NCBI GenBank assembly: GCA_963767275.1 | Contig: CAVYDL010000006.1 | Location: 941,867 to 1,005,866, forward strand | DNA: 64,000 nucleotides | DNA from: an uncultured delta proteobacterium | GTDB lineage: Bacteria > Desulfobacterota > Binatia > UBA9968 | Reading direction: 5' to 3' | Shown: positions 8,977 through 19,525 of the stretch, piece after piece | Numbering within the stretch: position 1 is the first letter of the stretch | Layout of the letters: each line of letters starts with the position of its first letter | The notes under the pieces: generated by a model | Told to the model about the DNA's origin: nothing | Seen by the model: the letters and a program-made list of their open reading frames with translations, nothing else | Database searches by the model: none | Made by a program: the position numbers and the translations under genes

Positions 8977-10538
8977 AATCGGTCCGGGGGAAGATCGCTA
9001 AGGCAGCCGGCCTGCTTCTGGTGTTGCAAGTCTTTGAGCAGGCCACCGGCCTGATGAAACAGATGGTGATCGCCGCTCAGTTCGGAACTTCGGAAACGAT
9101 GGACGGCTATCTGATAGCGACGACCATTGTCGGGCTTATTCTTCTCTGGGTCGGCCTGCCGATCCGCCAGACTCTGATCCCCATGTTCCGCCACGATCTC
9201 GCGAAGCGGGGTGAACGAGCGGCTTGGGCCAATGCCAGCGTTCTCTTCAATAACCTACTGCTGGTTCTTATCGGTATCGTTCTCTTGGGGACACTAATAG
9301 CTCCTTACCTGGTGAGCATCCTGGCTCCCGGTTTCGATGAGAGCGCGCTGTCCTTGGCCACTTCTTTGGCCCGGATCACGATGGCCAGTGTGGTCTTTGT
9401 CGGTATGGGAAACGTGTTGTCCCAGATATTCTTTTCTTACGAAAGGTTCTTCCAGCCCGGCATCGCGGGCAGCGTGAATAACGTCGTGACGATGTTGGCA
9501 CTGCTCGCTTTAGGTGGCACGTACGGCATCTATGGTCTGGCCGTCGCCGTCGTGATAGGCGGCGGTTTTCACTTCGTGCTTCAGCTGCCGATTCTGTGGG
9601 AGAAGCGGAAATTTTATTCTGCCACGGTGAACTTTCGCCATCCGCACATGGTCGAGACCGGCAAGCTGAGCTTGCCGCTGCTGATTTCCACTGGCGGTAA
9701 CGAGTTGGCGAGAGTTACCGATCGGATCTTTGCCTCGCTCTTGGCTGCCGGAAGCCTCTCGGCCCTTGCGTTTGCCCATAGGCCAATCACGGTCCTGATC
9801 GAATTTCTAATCCACCCGCTTAATACAGCGACTTTGCCTCACTTCGCCAAGCTCAGTGCCGAGGGAGATTTTCGCACGCTGTCCCGCCAGCTCTTTTACT
9901 ATGTTCGTCTTATTGCTTTCTTTACGCTTCCCATCGCCGTCGGCCTCATGCTGCTGGCGGAGGACGCCGTCAGAACGCTCTATGGACGGGGGGCCTTTGA
10001 TGAAGCCTCGGTCCGCTTAACCGGTCAGGCGCTGTTCTTCTATGCGATCGGAGTGCCGGCCCAGGCGATAATGAGAATCTTCAGAAATGCTTTTTTTAAT
10101 CTGAAAGATACCTGGACGCCGACAAAAATAGCCCTTGGTCGTATCGCGCTCAAAATCATTCTCTCTTGGATTCTGGTCCAACCGATGGCCCATCGGGGTA
10201 TCGCCTTGGCCGAGTCTCTCTCGCTGATTGCCAACGCCTTCTTTCTCTTCTGCTTTCTGCCAAGGGAACTGAAGGGCAAAGAGGGATGGAAGACTCTGGC
10301 GGCGTTCGGGCAGACTCTGGCAGGCTGCGTCGTCATGGGAACCGTGGTGTACTTCGCGCAGGAGAAGCTAAACGGAATGATCAGTCTACCGCTGGAGCTC
10401 GTTACCTTGGTCATGCTGGGCGCAGCGACTTATGGCGCTACCGCGCTCCTCTTCCAGGCGGAGGTGAGCCACTCGATCCTAAAGACGGTGACGGAGTTGG
10501 GCGGAAAATACCTCAGAGGAGCTGCCAAAACAACATGA
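8973..10538 (+). CDS. MurJ/MviN-family lipid-linked oligosaccharide flippase (MOP superfamily)
   Basis: 521 aa and polytopic. The N-terminal pattern 'GLMKQMVIAAQFGTSETMDGYLIATTI' fits the MurJ N-terminal consensus (G..R....A..fG.s...DAf..A). Its start overlaps the GT4 stop (ATGA). Confidence 0.75.
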   Translation: MKSVRGKIAKAAGLLLVLQVFEQATGLMKQMVIAAQFGTSETMDGYLIATTIVGLILLWVGLPIRQTLIPMFRHDLAKRGERAAWANASVLFNNLLLVLIGIVLLGTLIAPYLVSILAPGFDESALSLATSLARITMASVVFVGMGNVLSQIFFSYERFFQPGIAGSVNNVVTMLALLALGGTYGIYGLAVAVVIGGGFHFVLQLPILWEKRKFYSATVNFRHPHMVETGKLSLPLLISTGGNELARVTDRIFASLLAAGSLSALAFAHRPITVLIEFLIHPLNTATLPHFAKLSAEGDFRTLSRQLFYYVRLIAFFTLPIAVGLMLLAEDAVRTLYGRGAFDEASVRLTGQALFFYAIGVPAQAIMRIFRNAFFNLKDTWTPTKIALGRIALKIILSWILVQPMAHRGIALAESLSLIANAFFLFCFLPRELKGKEGWKTLAAFGQTLAGCVVMGTVVYFAQEKLNGMISLPLELVTLVMLGAATYGATALLFQAEVSHSILKTVTELGGKYLRGAAKTT

Positions 10539-11349
10539 TGCATACAACACTTCCGATCCAGACGCTGGTGCCTCAGCTCGTTACCCTCGCTCACCGAGCG
10601 GGCGAAGCAGTCATGAAGTTTTATTCTCAAGACGAGTTGGGGACAACTTATAAAGAATTTGACTCGCCGCTGACCTGCGCGGACATCGCGTCCCATGATT
10701 TGATTGTGGAACAACTGCAAGCGCTGACTCCAACCGTGCCGGTATTGTCAGAAGAGTCCAAGGCGGTCCCCTATCAAGTGCGACAGGCATGGCGGACATT
10801 CTGGCTAGTAGACCCACTGGATGGGACCAAAGAATTCATCAAACGCAATGGCGAATTTACCGTTAACATCGCGCTCATCGAGGACGGGCGGCCGGTTTTT
10901 GGTGTCGTGCATGCTCCAGCCATGGAGGTGACTTATCTTGGCCGCTCACGGAATCGGCGCGTTCAAGCAAACCGCTCAGGAGTCAAAACGGATTCCAATC
11001 GCCGTCAGGCAATGCGAGAGCACGAGGCTTAAGGTAGTCGTCGAGCCGTTCACATGCGGGCGATGAGCTCGAAAGATTTCTCGATAAGATCGCGCCTGCT
11101 GGAGTGCTCAGTATCGGTAGCTCGCTAAAAATCTGTCTGGTCGCGGAGGGCGAAGCGCATCTTTACCCACGCCTCGGGCCAACCATGGAGTGGGACACCG
11201 CTGCCGCCCAGTGCGTCGTTGAAATGGCGGGCGGGGCGATCGCCGATCTGGCGAGGGCAAACTCTGAGTATACAATAAGCCCGATTTGGCACAATCCCCA
11301 CTTCATCGTCAGCGGCACTCCCGACCTTTCCCTGGCAGAGTTATTTTGA
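10535..11349 (+). pseudogene. cysQ: 3'(2'),5'-bisphosphate nucleotidase CysQ (PAP phosphatase, inositol-monophosphatase fold), disrupted by two frameshifts
   Basis: 'WLVDPLDGTKEF' is the IMPase motif. The reading continues in a second frame ('LAAHGIGAFKQTAQESKRIPIAVRQCESTRLKVVV') and then a third ('SRSHAGDELERFLDKIAPAGVLSIGSSLKICLVAEGEAHLYPRLGPTMEWDTAAAQCVV'). Confidence 0.7.
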
Positions 11350-11483
11350 GAACAGGGAGTGTGCCGCTGGACGGTGATAAACATGGTGTTGTGATCGCGC
11401 TGTTCAAGGATGCGAGACGATGAAATCAGTATATCAACCCTAAACTACTCCGCACTTGCAGAAGCGTCCATGCGGCTTACCGA

Positions 11484-12283
11484 ATGGCGACTGCGCCGCT
11501 CCGGGTCATGCCGGATTTCCTCTTTATCGGCGGCAACCGATGCGGCACGCCGACGCTCTATGAATACCTGTGCGGCCATCCATGCTTCGCGCCGTCGGTG
11601 CGAAGCGAGAAGTGCATGTATTTCGATCTGCACTTCGCAAAAGGCGTGAACTGGTACAAAGGCATTTTCCGTCGGTCGGATTACAAATACTCCGTCACAC
11701 AATTACAGCAGGAAGAAGTTTTTACCGGAGAGGCAACGACCTATTACATATTTCACCCCATGCCCCCCGGCAGAATCTAGCAAACGTGCCGAAGATCAAG
11801 CTCATCCGCTCTTGCGCAATCCCGTCGACCGCGCCTACGCGCAGTATCATCAGAAAGTCAGGAGAGGTAACGAGCCGCTCTCATTTGAAGACGCGATAGA
11901 CGCGGAGCCTGAGAGACTGCAAGGCGAGAGGGAAAAAATGCTGGCCAATGAACCCTATAACAGCTTCAACTACCGTCGACTATTCCTATCTCACCAGGGG
12001 CGTCTATGTGGATCAGACTCGCGCACTGGATGAATCTGTTCCCAAAGAACAGCTGCTGGTCATGTGCAGCGAAGACTTGCGCAGGGAGCCGAGCCGGGTT
12101 TTGCAAGAGGTTCTACAGTTCCTCGAGCTGCCGGCGTGGGAGCCGCAGGCGCAGAACAATTATGGTCAAGCCGAGTATCCGAAGATGGATGCTGCCGTGC
12201 GGGCACGTCTCATCGAATACTTCCAACCGCACAACCGGCGTTTACATGATTTCTTAGGTCGGGATTTCGGCTGGGACCGGTGA
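11484..12283 (+). pseudogene. Sulfotransferase (subtype A), split over three frames. It is a paralog of the intact gene at 13237-14151.
   Basis: 5'-PSB 'PDFLFIGGNRCGTPTL' and 3'-PB 'RNPVDRAYAQY' lie in different frames. One shift is at a C6 run (11763-11768), another is near 11807-11812, and a third is near 11950-12030. The order of pieces matches the intact paralog. Confidence 0.7.
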
Positions 12284-12352
12284 TCCATGGAGCGCGCAGT
12301 GGCTCACCGCAGTGCTCCTCAGTATAGGGATGATTCAACAGGAGTTACAAGA

Positions 12353-13227
12353 ATGAGGCGACCGGATTTTTTCATCGTCGGCGCACCCAAGTGCGGCACG
12401 ACCGCAATGATCGATTACCTGAAACAACACCCGGAGGTCTTCGTCCCGGACCGCAAAGAGCTTGACTTCTTTGGCAGGGACCTTGTGTTTAAAGGCCATC
12501 GACTCACCGAAGAAGAGTATCTGGATTTTTTTTCGCGGGCGACGGCGGAAAAGCGCGCCGGCGAAGGCTCGGTATGGTATCTGCACTCAAAAACCGCGGC
12601 ATTAGAGATCAAGGATTTTTCCCCGGCGCGCGGATCATAATCATGCTGCGCAATCCTCTCGACATGATGTATTCATTCCATAGCCAGCGTCTTTATAACG
12701 GCAACGAGGATATCGAAAATTTTTCAGCGGCATTGGATGCCGAGGCCGAGCGCAGACGAGGATTGCGCCTGCCCAAGGGCGCGTCGGATGTTTTCGGTTG
12801 GTGTTACCGCGACGTGGCGACTTATACCAAACAGGTCCAAAGATACTTTAACACCTTCGGCAAGGAACATGTTCGCGTCATTATTTACGACGATTTCGCC
12901 AAGGATGCCGGCCTCGCGTATCGAGAAACCTGCCAATTCCTCGATATAGACTCGGACTTTCAACCGGATCTCCGGATCATCAACACCAGGAAGCAGGTAC
13001 GAAGCAAAGCGTTGCGAGAATTCCTGCGACGCCCGCATCCTGCTTCGGGCTGGCTTTTTCGAGCGATAGGACTCCGCCCGGATCGCAACGGGGGATACAA
13101 AGGCTGGCTCAGGCGGTTAAACAGTAGTGACAATTCCCTTCGCCCGATGAATCCGGTATTGAGAAAACAACTGCAACGGGAATTTGCTCCTGAAGTCCGG
13201 CAGCTAAGCGCATTTACTCGGACGTGA
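12353..13227 (+). CDS. Sulfotransferase (subtype B), with a single frameshift near 12620-12635 in a GCGCGCG tract
   Basis: 'RRPDFFIVGAPKCGTTAM' is the PAPS 5'-phosphosulfate loop; '...IIIMLRNPLDMMYS' is the 3'-PB. It is collinear with the intact paralog at 38159-39052. An AGGAG RBS precedes the start. Confidence 0.7.
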
Positions 13228-13236
13228 TTTGAGCCA

Positions 13237-14151
13237 TTGGTGCAAGTCATGAATCGACTCATTGATCCGAAGCCACTGCCGCCTTTTCTGAAGCGGCTAG
13301 TCAAGGCTCCTCGGGCGCTGACGGCCAGAGTCCGACTCCTGCCGGATTTTCTCATCATCGGGGCGCAGCGGTGCGGCACCACTTCTCTGCAAAGGTATTT
13401 AATACAACACCCCTCGATAGCGCCTGCGTTCAGGAAAGAGGTGCATTATTTCGACAAGAATCTGAAGAAGGGGGTGACCTGGTACCGGACGCATTTCCCG
13501 TCAGCGCCCTACAAGTACTTCGTAACCAAAGTCCTCCGTCGGCGGTTTTTGACGGGTGAGGCGAGCGCCGCGTATCTTTTCTATCCGCATGCGCCGAAAA
13601 AGATCCTTGAAACGGTGCCCCGCGCCAAGCTGATCGTTCTGCTACGGAACCCGGTGGATAGGGCGTACTCTCATTACCAGCACGAAGTGAGCTTAGAGCA
13701 TGAAACTTTGCCGTTTGACGAGGCGATCGAGCAGGAGCAGGAACGACTTCGTGGCGAGAGAGAGAAAATGCTCGCCGATCAAAGCTATGACAGTTACAAG
13801 TACCGACACTATTCTTACCTGTCGAGGGGCGCATACGCCGACCAGCTGGCAATCTGGATGAAATTCTTTCCCAGAGATCAGATGCTCATTTTGCGGAGCG
13901 AGGATTTCTTTGCCGAACCGCCCAAGATCTTTCAGAAGGTTCTACGGTTCCTCGATCTGCCCCTATGCGAGCTCGGCGAGTATAAGCAATACAATGCGCG
14001 GGACTACTCAACCATGGATGCGGCAACCAGAGCTCGGTTAATTAAGTACTTCGAACCGCATAATCGCCGCTTACGGCAACTGGTTGGTCGAAAGTTTCGC
14101 CTGGAACCAATAAGCCCCACGCGCTATGAAGTTTGCCATTCGCGACGATGA
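13237..14151 (+). CDS. Sulfotransferase (subtype A), intact
   Basis: 'LPDFLIIGAQRCGTTSL' and 'LLRNPVDRAYSHYQH' are the PAPS-binding motifs. Confidence 0.8.
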   Translation: MVQVMNRLIDPKPLPPFLKRLVKAPRALTARVRLLPDFLIIGAQRCGTTSLQRYLIQHPSIAPAFRKEVHYFDKNLKKGVTWYRTHFPSAPYKYFVTKVLRRRFLTGEASAAYLFYPHAPKKILETVPRAKLIVLLRNPVDRAYSHYQHEVSLEHETLPFDEAIEQEQERLRGEREKMLADQSYDSYKYRHYSYLSRGAYADQLAIWMKFFPRDQMLILRSEDFFAEPPKIFQKVLRFLDLPLCELGEYKQYNARDYSTMDAATRARLIKYFEPHNRRLRQLVGRKFRLEPISPTRYEVCHSRR

Positions 14152-14950
14152 CACGTCGTTCTTCACCCGACCCGAGCAATTGCTGCGCGTGTATGAGGGT
14201 ATCTGGGATAGGGTGCCGGTCTCTCTGTCCGTCGTGCCTTTTCATGGCCGCACCCACACCGAAGGCATCCCGGTTGAGTATTGGTCCGGCGGGAATGAAT
14301 TATACCCGGTGGCCGATAACAGTGATTTGATCGCATTCTTACGGGAGCAAACCGCGAAGAATCGAGTATCGATCATGATGCACGGTTACAGCCACGTCGA
14401 CGAGCCGGATGGCTACGAGTTTGAAACCGCAGCCGATTTGGAGCGCAAGGCGCGCGAGGGTAAACGCTATTTGGAAGAGGTGTTTCGAGTACCGATCCAT
14501 GCGTTCGTCCCGCCCCATAACGCGCTCTCGGCCGCCGGCTACCTAGCGGTGATACGCGCCGGTTTGGATATCGTCCAGATCGTTCGTTTCGGGCATGGCG
14601 TTCGGCCAATCGCGCTGCGTTATTTTTCCCAGCTGGCCCGTTTGGTCTGGTCGAAGTTCAAGTGGAAGCATCCATATCCTTACTATCCTCAAGTGCTCGA
14701 TTTTGGTGGACATCGCGAAGTTGCGTACCACTCGCTTACGCCTTCGGTTACTTTCCAAAAGCGCTTAGACGAGCTGGAATTTTGTCACCGGCGTGGCGGT
14801 GTGTTTGTGCTCGCCACCCACTATTGGGAGCTTGAGCGAAAAACAAAAGACGGGCTGACTTTGCGCCATGCGCTCGAGCGTCTGGTCGACCGTGCGGCTC
14901 AACTCGGTGCGCAGTTTTGTTCTGTGAATCAGGTACTGGGGCGAGAATAG
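14126..14950 (+). CDS. DUF2334 / polysaccharide-deacetylase-like protein
   Basis: N-terminus 'MKFAIRDDDTSFFT' and 'MMHGYSHVDE' are typical of the DUF2334 deacetylase-like fold. There is a paralog at 25444-26238. Confidence 0.6.
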   Translation: MKFAIRDDDTSFFTRPEQLLRVYEGIWDRVPVSLSVVPFHGRTHTEGIPVEYWSGGNELYPVADNSDLIAFLREQTAKNRVSIMMHGYSHVDEPDGYEFETAADLERKAREGKRYLEEVFRVPIHAFVPPHNALSAAGYLAVIRAGLDIVQIVRFGHGVRPIALRYFSQLARLVWSKFKWKHPYPYYPQVLDFGGHREVAYHSLTPSVTFQKRLDELEFCHRRGGVFVLATHYWELERKTKDGLTLRHALERLVDRAAQLGAQFCSVNQVLGRE

Positions 14951-14959
14951 GATGTCCGA

Positions 14960-16230
14960 TCAAAGGTATGGTGTCGCGTTGCCCAGCCGGTTCCAGTTGA
15001 TTCTATGATTTTTTCTCGGATTTTCTGCAAGACGCCAACGTCCAAAGACCGGTCGCGGTCTCGTGCGTTGAGAAAATCTCAGTGGAATTTCACGGGCACA
15101 CCGGCAACAGATCGCGGAGAGATATTTCTGGTCGATCGCGTCGAGCGGCCGCACGCCCGCGCCCGCTAATATCGCACGAGCCGCCGTGCAAGCCTCCTGG
15201 GTATCGACCGGGGGAGCCGGGAAAGGACTCATTTCGTTGCCGACTTTATTGATGTCCTGTTCAAGCTTGTCGGCGCTGTAATTCCCACTGGTATACACCT
15301 TGGCCACAGCGGCTGATTTTTCTCCGCTGCCCTGCATTGCGCCGACGACCAGCGCCTGTTTTTGGTTCTTGGGGAAACTCCGGGGAGAGGAATAAAAGTT
15401 GTTTATGACATTGGCCTTTGAGCCGGACCAGATCAACGTCCCGTATCCGCCGGCCCAGTCCCACACCAGGTTGTTTCTCATATCGAGAGTCGTGTCGGTG
15501 GCGGCCGTCCCGTTGTTGTCGATGGCGACTTGCGGGTTTCTCTGCTGCGCGTTGCACGAAGATGTTGTGATGCAGGCTGATCCGCGAGGGATTATATTTG
15601 ATCAGCATATTTTTCTGAGTTGCGCGAGGTTCCGCGAAGATACTCCAGGATACGGTCACGTCGCGTGAATCGGTTCCGATGTCCAGATTGCCGTCTTCCG
15701 AGCCGTGAATCGAAACGTGATCGATCACGACATTGTATGCGCCTTTGACAACGTTCATGCCGTCGGTTTGTTCTTTGTCGCCTGTTGATCCCAGCATCGC
15801 GCACCCGCATGCCTCGCACGATAATATCGTGGGCTCCGCGTTTTCCACTAATGCTGAGGCCATAGTTCTTGAGCGTAATGCCGGGAGCCGGCGCAGTAAA
15901 CCCATCAATGGTTATGAAAGCACCCCTGATGTAGTACGGTCTTGGTGAGAACAATCTCTCCCGCTACATCGAAGACGACCGTCCGATTCCCTGAGACACG
16001 GCATCACGAAAGCTACCCGGCCCTGAGTCGTTGAGGTTGGCAACGCGGACGATGGCTTTACCAGATCCTCCCGGCGTCTTCGCTCCAAAACCCTGATATG
16101 CCGGATCGGCAGCTTTCGCCCCGGCCGGCGATGAAGGGATCGGGATGAGTTCCCTGGGTTTCCACACCGACAGAAGTCGCCAGCACAAGGGCGCAACTCG
16201 CAAGCAGCTAAAAGCGTCGCATCCAGCCCA
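14960..16230 (-). pseudogene. Pectate-lyase-family-1-like polysaccharide lyase, decayed into at least four frame segments. It is a paralog of the genes at 41722 and 39608.
   Basis: The minus-strand pieces 'AYQGFGAKTPGGSGKAIVRVANLNDSGPGSFRDAVS', 'GAFITIDGFTAPAPGITL...AHDIIVRGMRVR', 'VVIDHVSIHGSEDGNLDIG...ISLHHNIF' and 'RNNLVWDWAGGYG...NFYSS' are collinear with the 41722 protein but lie in different frames. Confidence 0.65.
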
Positions 16231-16305
16231 TTTTTGGCTGCTGAAATTGAAAATTTGCATCGTGAACCTCTAGATATCTATAAATCTACCTCGGGAGATT
16301 TTGCA

Positions 16306-17801
16306 ATGAACTCAATGAGTCAGGTGAAAATCATCGCTACGATCGGTCCAGGCAGCAACACCGCGGCGGCGCTCACGTGCCCTGCTAGAAGCCGGAGCCA
16401 ACGTGGCTCGTCTCAACGGCTCGCACGCCGACTTGGAGTGGCATGCCGCCACGATCAAATTGCTGCGCAAGGTGGTGCCGCAGATGCCGATCCTGCTCGA
16501 TATCCCCGGACGCAAGATCCGCACCGGAGCTTTGGAGCACGAGCCCTGCTTCCAAGCGGGTGATTTTCTGGTGCTGACTACGTCTGCCGATCACAACGGC
16601 CATTTTAAGGTGCCGGTATCGTATCCGAACCTGCACGAAGACCTCTCACCGGGGGACACAATCCTGGCTGACGATGGCCAGTTGCGGTTCACCGTCGAAT
16701 CGGTGGTGGATCGGGATATCGTCTGCAGAGCGGAGGCGGCTGGAACCCTGCGCAGCAGAAAGGGCATCAACTGCCCGGGCGTCACACTTGCGCACGGCGA
16801 TGGTGACGGAACGGGACCGGAGCATGCTGGCCTTCGCCAAAGAACACGGCGTTGATTTTGTCGGCATCAGTTTCGTCGAAAGCGCGGATCACGTCAATGC
16901 GATTCGCGCTGTGATCGATGACGCGAGCCCTCGAATTGTCGCCAAGATCGAAACTCCGGATGCGCTGGAACACTTGGCAGATATCATCGCCGTGTCCGAC
17001 GCGATCATGATCGATCGCGGCGACTTGGCCGTTGAAACCAATCTTTATGGTATCGCGCTGTTGCAAAAGCAGATACTGACCGCTGCCCGCCAGGCCAACA
17101 AGCCGGCTATCGTCGCCACCGAGATGCTGCATTCCATGATAGCGAGCCCGGTGCCGACAAAAGCCGAAGTGACCGACATAACCAATGCCGTCCTCGACGG
17201 CGCCGCGGCGGTGATGCTTTCAGGCGAAACAGCCGTCGGTCAGTTCCCCGCTGCAGCCGTGGCGACGATGCGTCAGATAGCCGACAGAGCTTCGGCCCAT
17301 TTACAATCGACGTTGGACCAGAATGGCAGCCGGGAAGAGTTCAGCGTGCCGCAAGCGGTAGGGGATGCGATCGCTCTCATATGCCGGCGCCTGCCCGTGA
17401 CCAAGATCGTCGCGATTACGATCGCCGGCTACGCCGCGCGCACGGTGGCCATGCACATGCCGCGTCAACCTATCCTCGCCGTCAGCAATGATCCCATCGC
17501 CGCTCGCAGTTTTCACATGCTGCCCGGAACGGAAGGCATCTACGTGGATATTCCGTTCGTGCGAACCAGCACCGACCATATTCCCAAATGCTTGGAGGAA
17601 TTATGGCGGAGCGGAAAATTACTGGACGAGGATCTCGTGTTGGTGACGTCGGTCGGATACCCGAGGTCGGGCAATCGGATGAACCTGATTCAAACGCATA
17701 ACATTGCCGATCTGCGGGAGAGCCTGGGATGGCTATCGATGCCGCAGGGCTCGGTCGGTCCGGGCCTCACCATGATGGCGGCTCCTGCGGACCCGATATG
17801 A
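16306..17801 (+). CDS. pyk: Pyruvate kinase, with two apparent frameshifts (~16370 at a CCC run, ~16800)
   Basis: 'KIIATIGPGSNTAAAL' continues in the next frame as 'LLEAGANVARLNGSHADLEWH', and then as 'MLAFAKEHGVDFVGISFVESADHV...IVAKIETPDALEHL...MIDRGDLAVE'. These are classic PK motifs. Confidence 0.7.
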
Positions 17802-17903
17802 CCGCCGGCCATGGGCTGATAACTTTGGGTCGTCGGCAATTATGATCAATAGCGAAATTACCACAACGATTTCATACAATGATGAAAACATCTGGGTGCA
17901 ACA

Positions 17904-19219
17904 ATGAGAATATTAACCGCCATCAAGTCGGTGACGAGTAAAATAGCGCTGGTTGTCCTTTCCATCGCCATAACCCTCGTGCTGCTGGAGTTTGCTGTCC
18001 GCCTGTTTTCCCCACAGCCGCTCAACCATTACAATTTCACGCTGATTCAAGCAGAGGGCGGCGGCGAGGTGGTTTTAAGGTCAGTCAAATCGGCTGGCTG
18101 GAAAAGCACGAGAGGCTATGGCCCCTACGTTCCCAACCTGTCGACGAATTTTGGCGGGGTCCCGGTGACCATCAATTCGCGCGGTTGGAGAGACGGCGAG
18201 TATTCTTTGAAAAAGCCCGCGGGCGTTCGCAGAATCATGGTCGTCGGAGATTCGGTCACCTTTGGTTATGGAGTCAAGCTTGAGGAAATGTTCGCGAAAT
18301 TGCTCGAACGAGGATTGAACAGCCGAGGGCCGGGACGTTACGAGGTCATCAGCTTGGGCGGGGCCGGCGGCAATACCTATTCTCAAAGTCGGATAATTAA
18401 AGAAAATGTGGCGATTTATGATCCTGACCTGGTGATTCTCGCTTTCAACTTAAACGACATTTTGCCGAAAATCTTTGGCAGACGAAATGCGACGTACACC
18501 GCGTGTCGGCCGTTCAATTTCACGGACCGTCCTTCGATCTGCGAAGGACACTGGACACAGAGTTCCGGGGGCGCTCGCACCTCTTTTTTCTACTTAGGGA
18601 GAGAATGAAAGTCTTGCTGCGAAAGTTCGGCATCGCTGGCGCCGATCAGGGGTTCCGCTGGCGGCATTTGACATGGAAAGCGATTCTGGCCGCGCCGCTT
18701 GGCAGGATACCAGCGGGGCGTTGCTTGAAATCGCCGATCAATTAAATCGCGACAAGGTCAAGTTCTTGCTCGCCGTTCTGCCGGTGGATATGCAGTTGAG
18801 TCCCGAGATCGCGGATATCTACCGACGTGAATACGGATTTGTTTTCGACAATAGCCTGGTCAATGGCCTGCCGCAGAAGAGTAGTAGCCGATTTTGCCCG
18901 GGGCCACGGCATCGCTTACATCGATCTGCTTCCGTCGTTTCGAAAGGATCCGCACGAGCAGACATTTTTTCGCATTTACGGTGGGTCGGTCGATTGGAAC
19001 CACCCAAACCGTTTGGGCCACAAGATCATCGGCGAGCAATTAATGAACGCCGTTCACTCTCTCTGTGCCGATGATACCGGCCTCAATGGTAAAGCCGATC
19101 GAAAATCCTATCCGGACAGACAAAAACAAAGAGAGCGCGCCGTAGCCGTACCGATCTTGGAGTATGACGCGGGGCCTTCGATAGACAGTGTTCCTAAGTC
19201 GCCAAATCAGGGGCTGTGA
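17904..19219 (+). pseudogene. SGNH/GDSL-family hydrolase (candidate polysaccharide O-acetyl esterase/transferase) with an N-terminal TM anchor, split over at least three frames
   Basis: Block I 'IMVVGDSVTFGYG' (GDSL). The C-terminal catalytic 'DWNHPNRLGHKIIGEQL' (DxxH) is found in a different frame (18827 ORF). The intervening piece is in a third frame. Confidence 0.55.
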
Positions 19220-19525
19220 TGGTTGAATGATTAACGAGCAGACACATTTGAATATCGCTGTTGTGGGAACGGGTAATGTGGTCTTGTCACCGGGATGTGT
19301 CTTGCCGAGTTCGGCATGAATGTCATCTGTGCGGACAAGGAAAAACAGAGGAGCTCGCAGTTACCCAAAGTGGAAAATCCGATTGATGAGCCGCGATTCG
19401 CCCGAGCTGCTCCAGCGCAACCTTCAACAAGGACGGTTCACTGCACGACCGACACGGAATATGCGTTAAACAGTCAGTCAAAGCTTGCGGATTCGAATAC
19501 TACGGCTTCGTTCGGGGCTGATACC

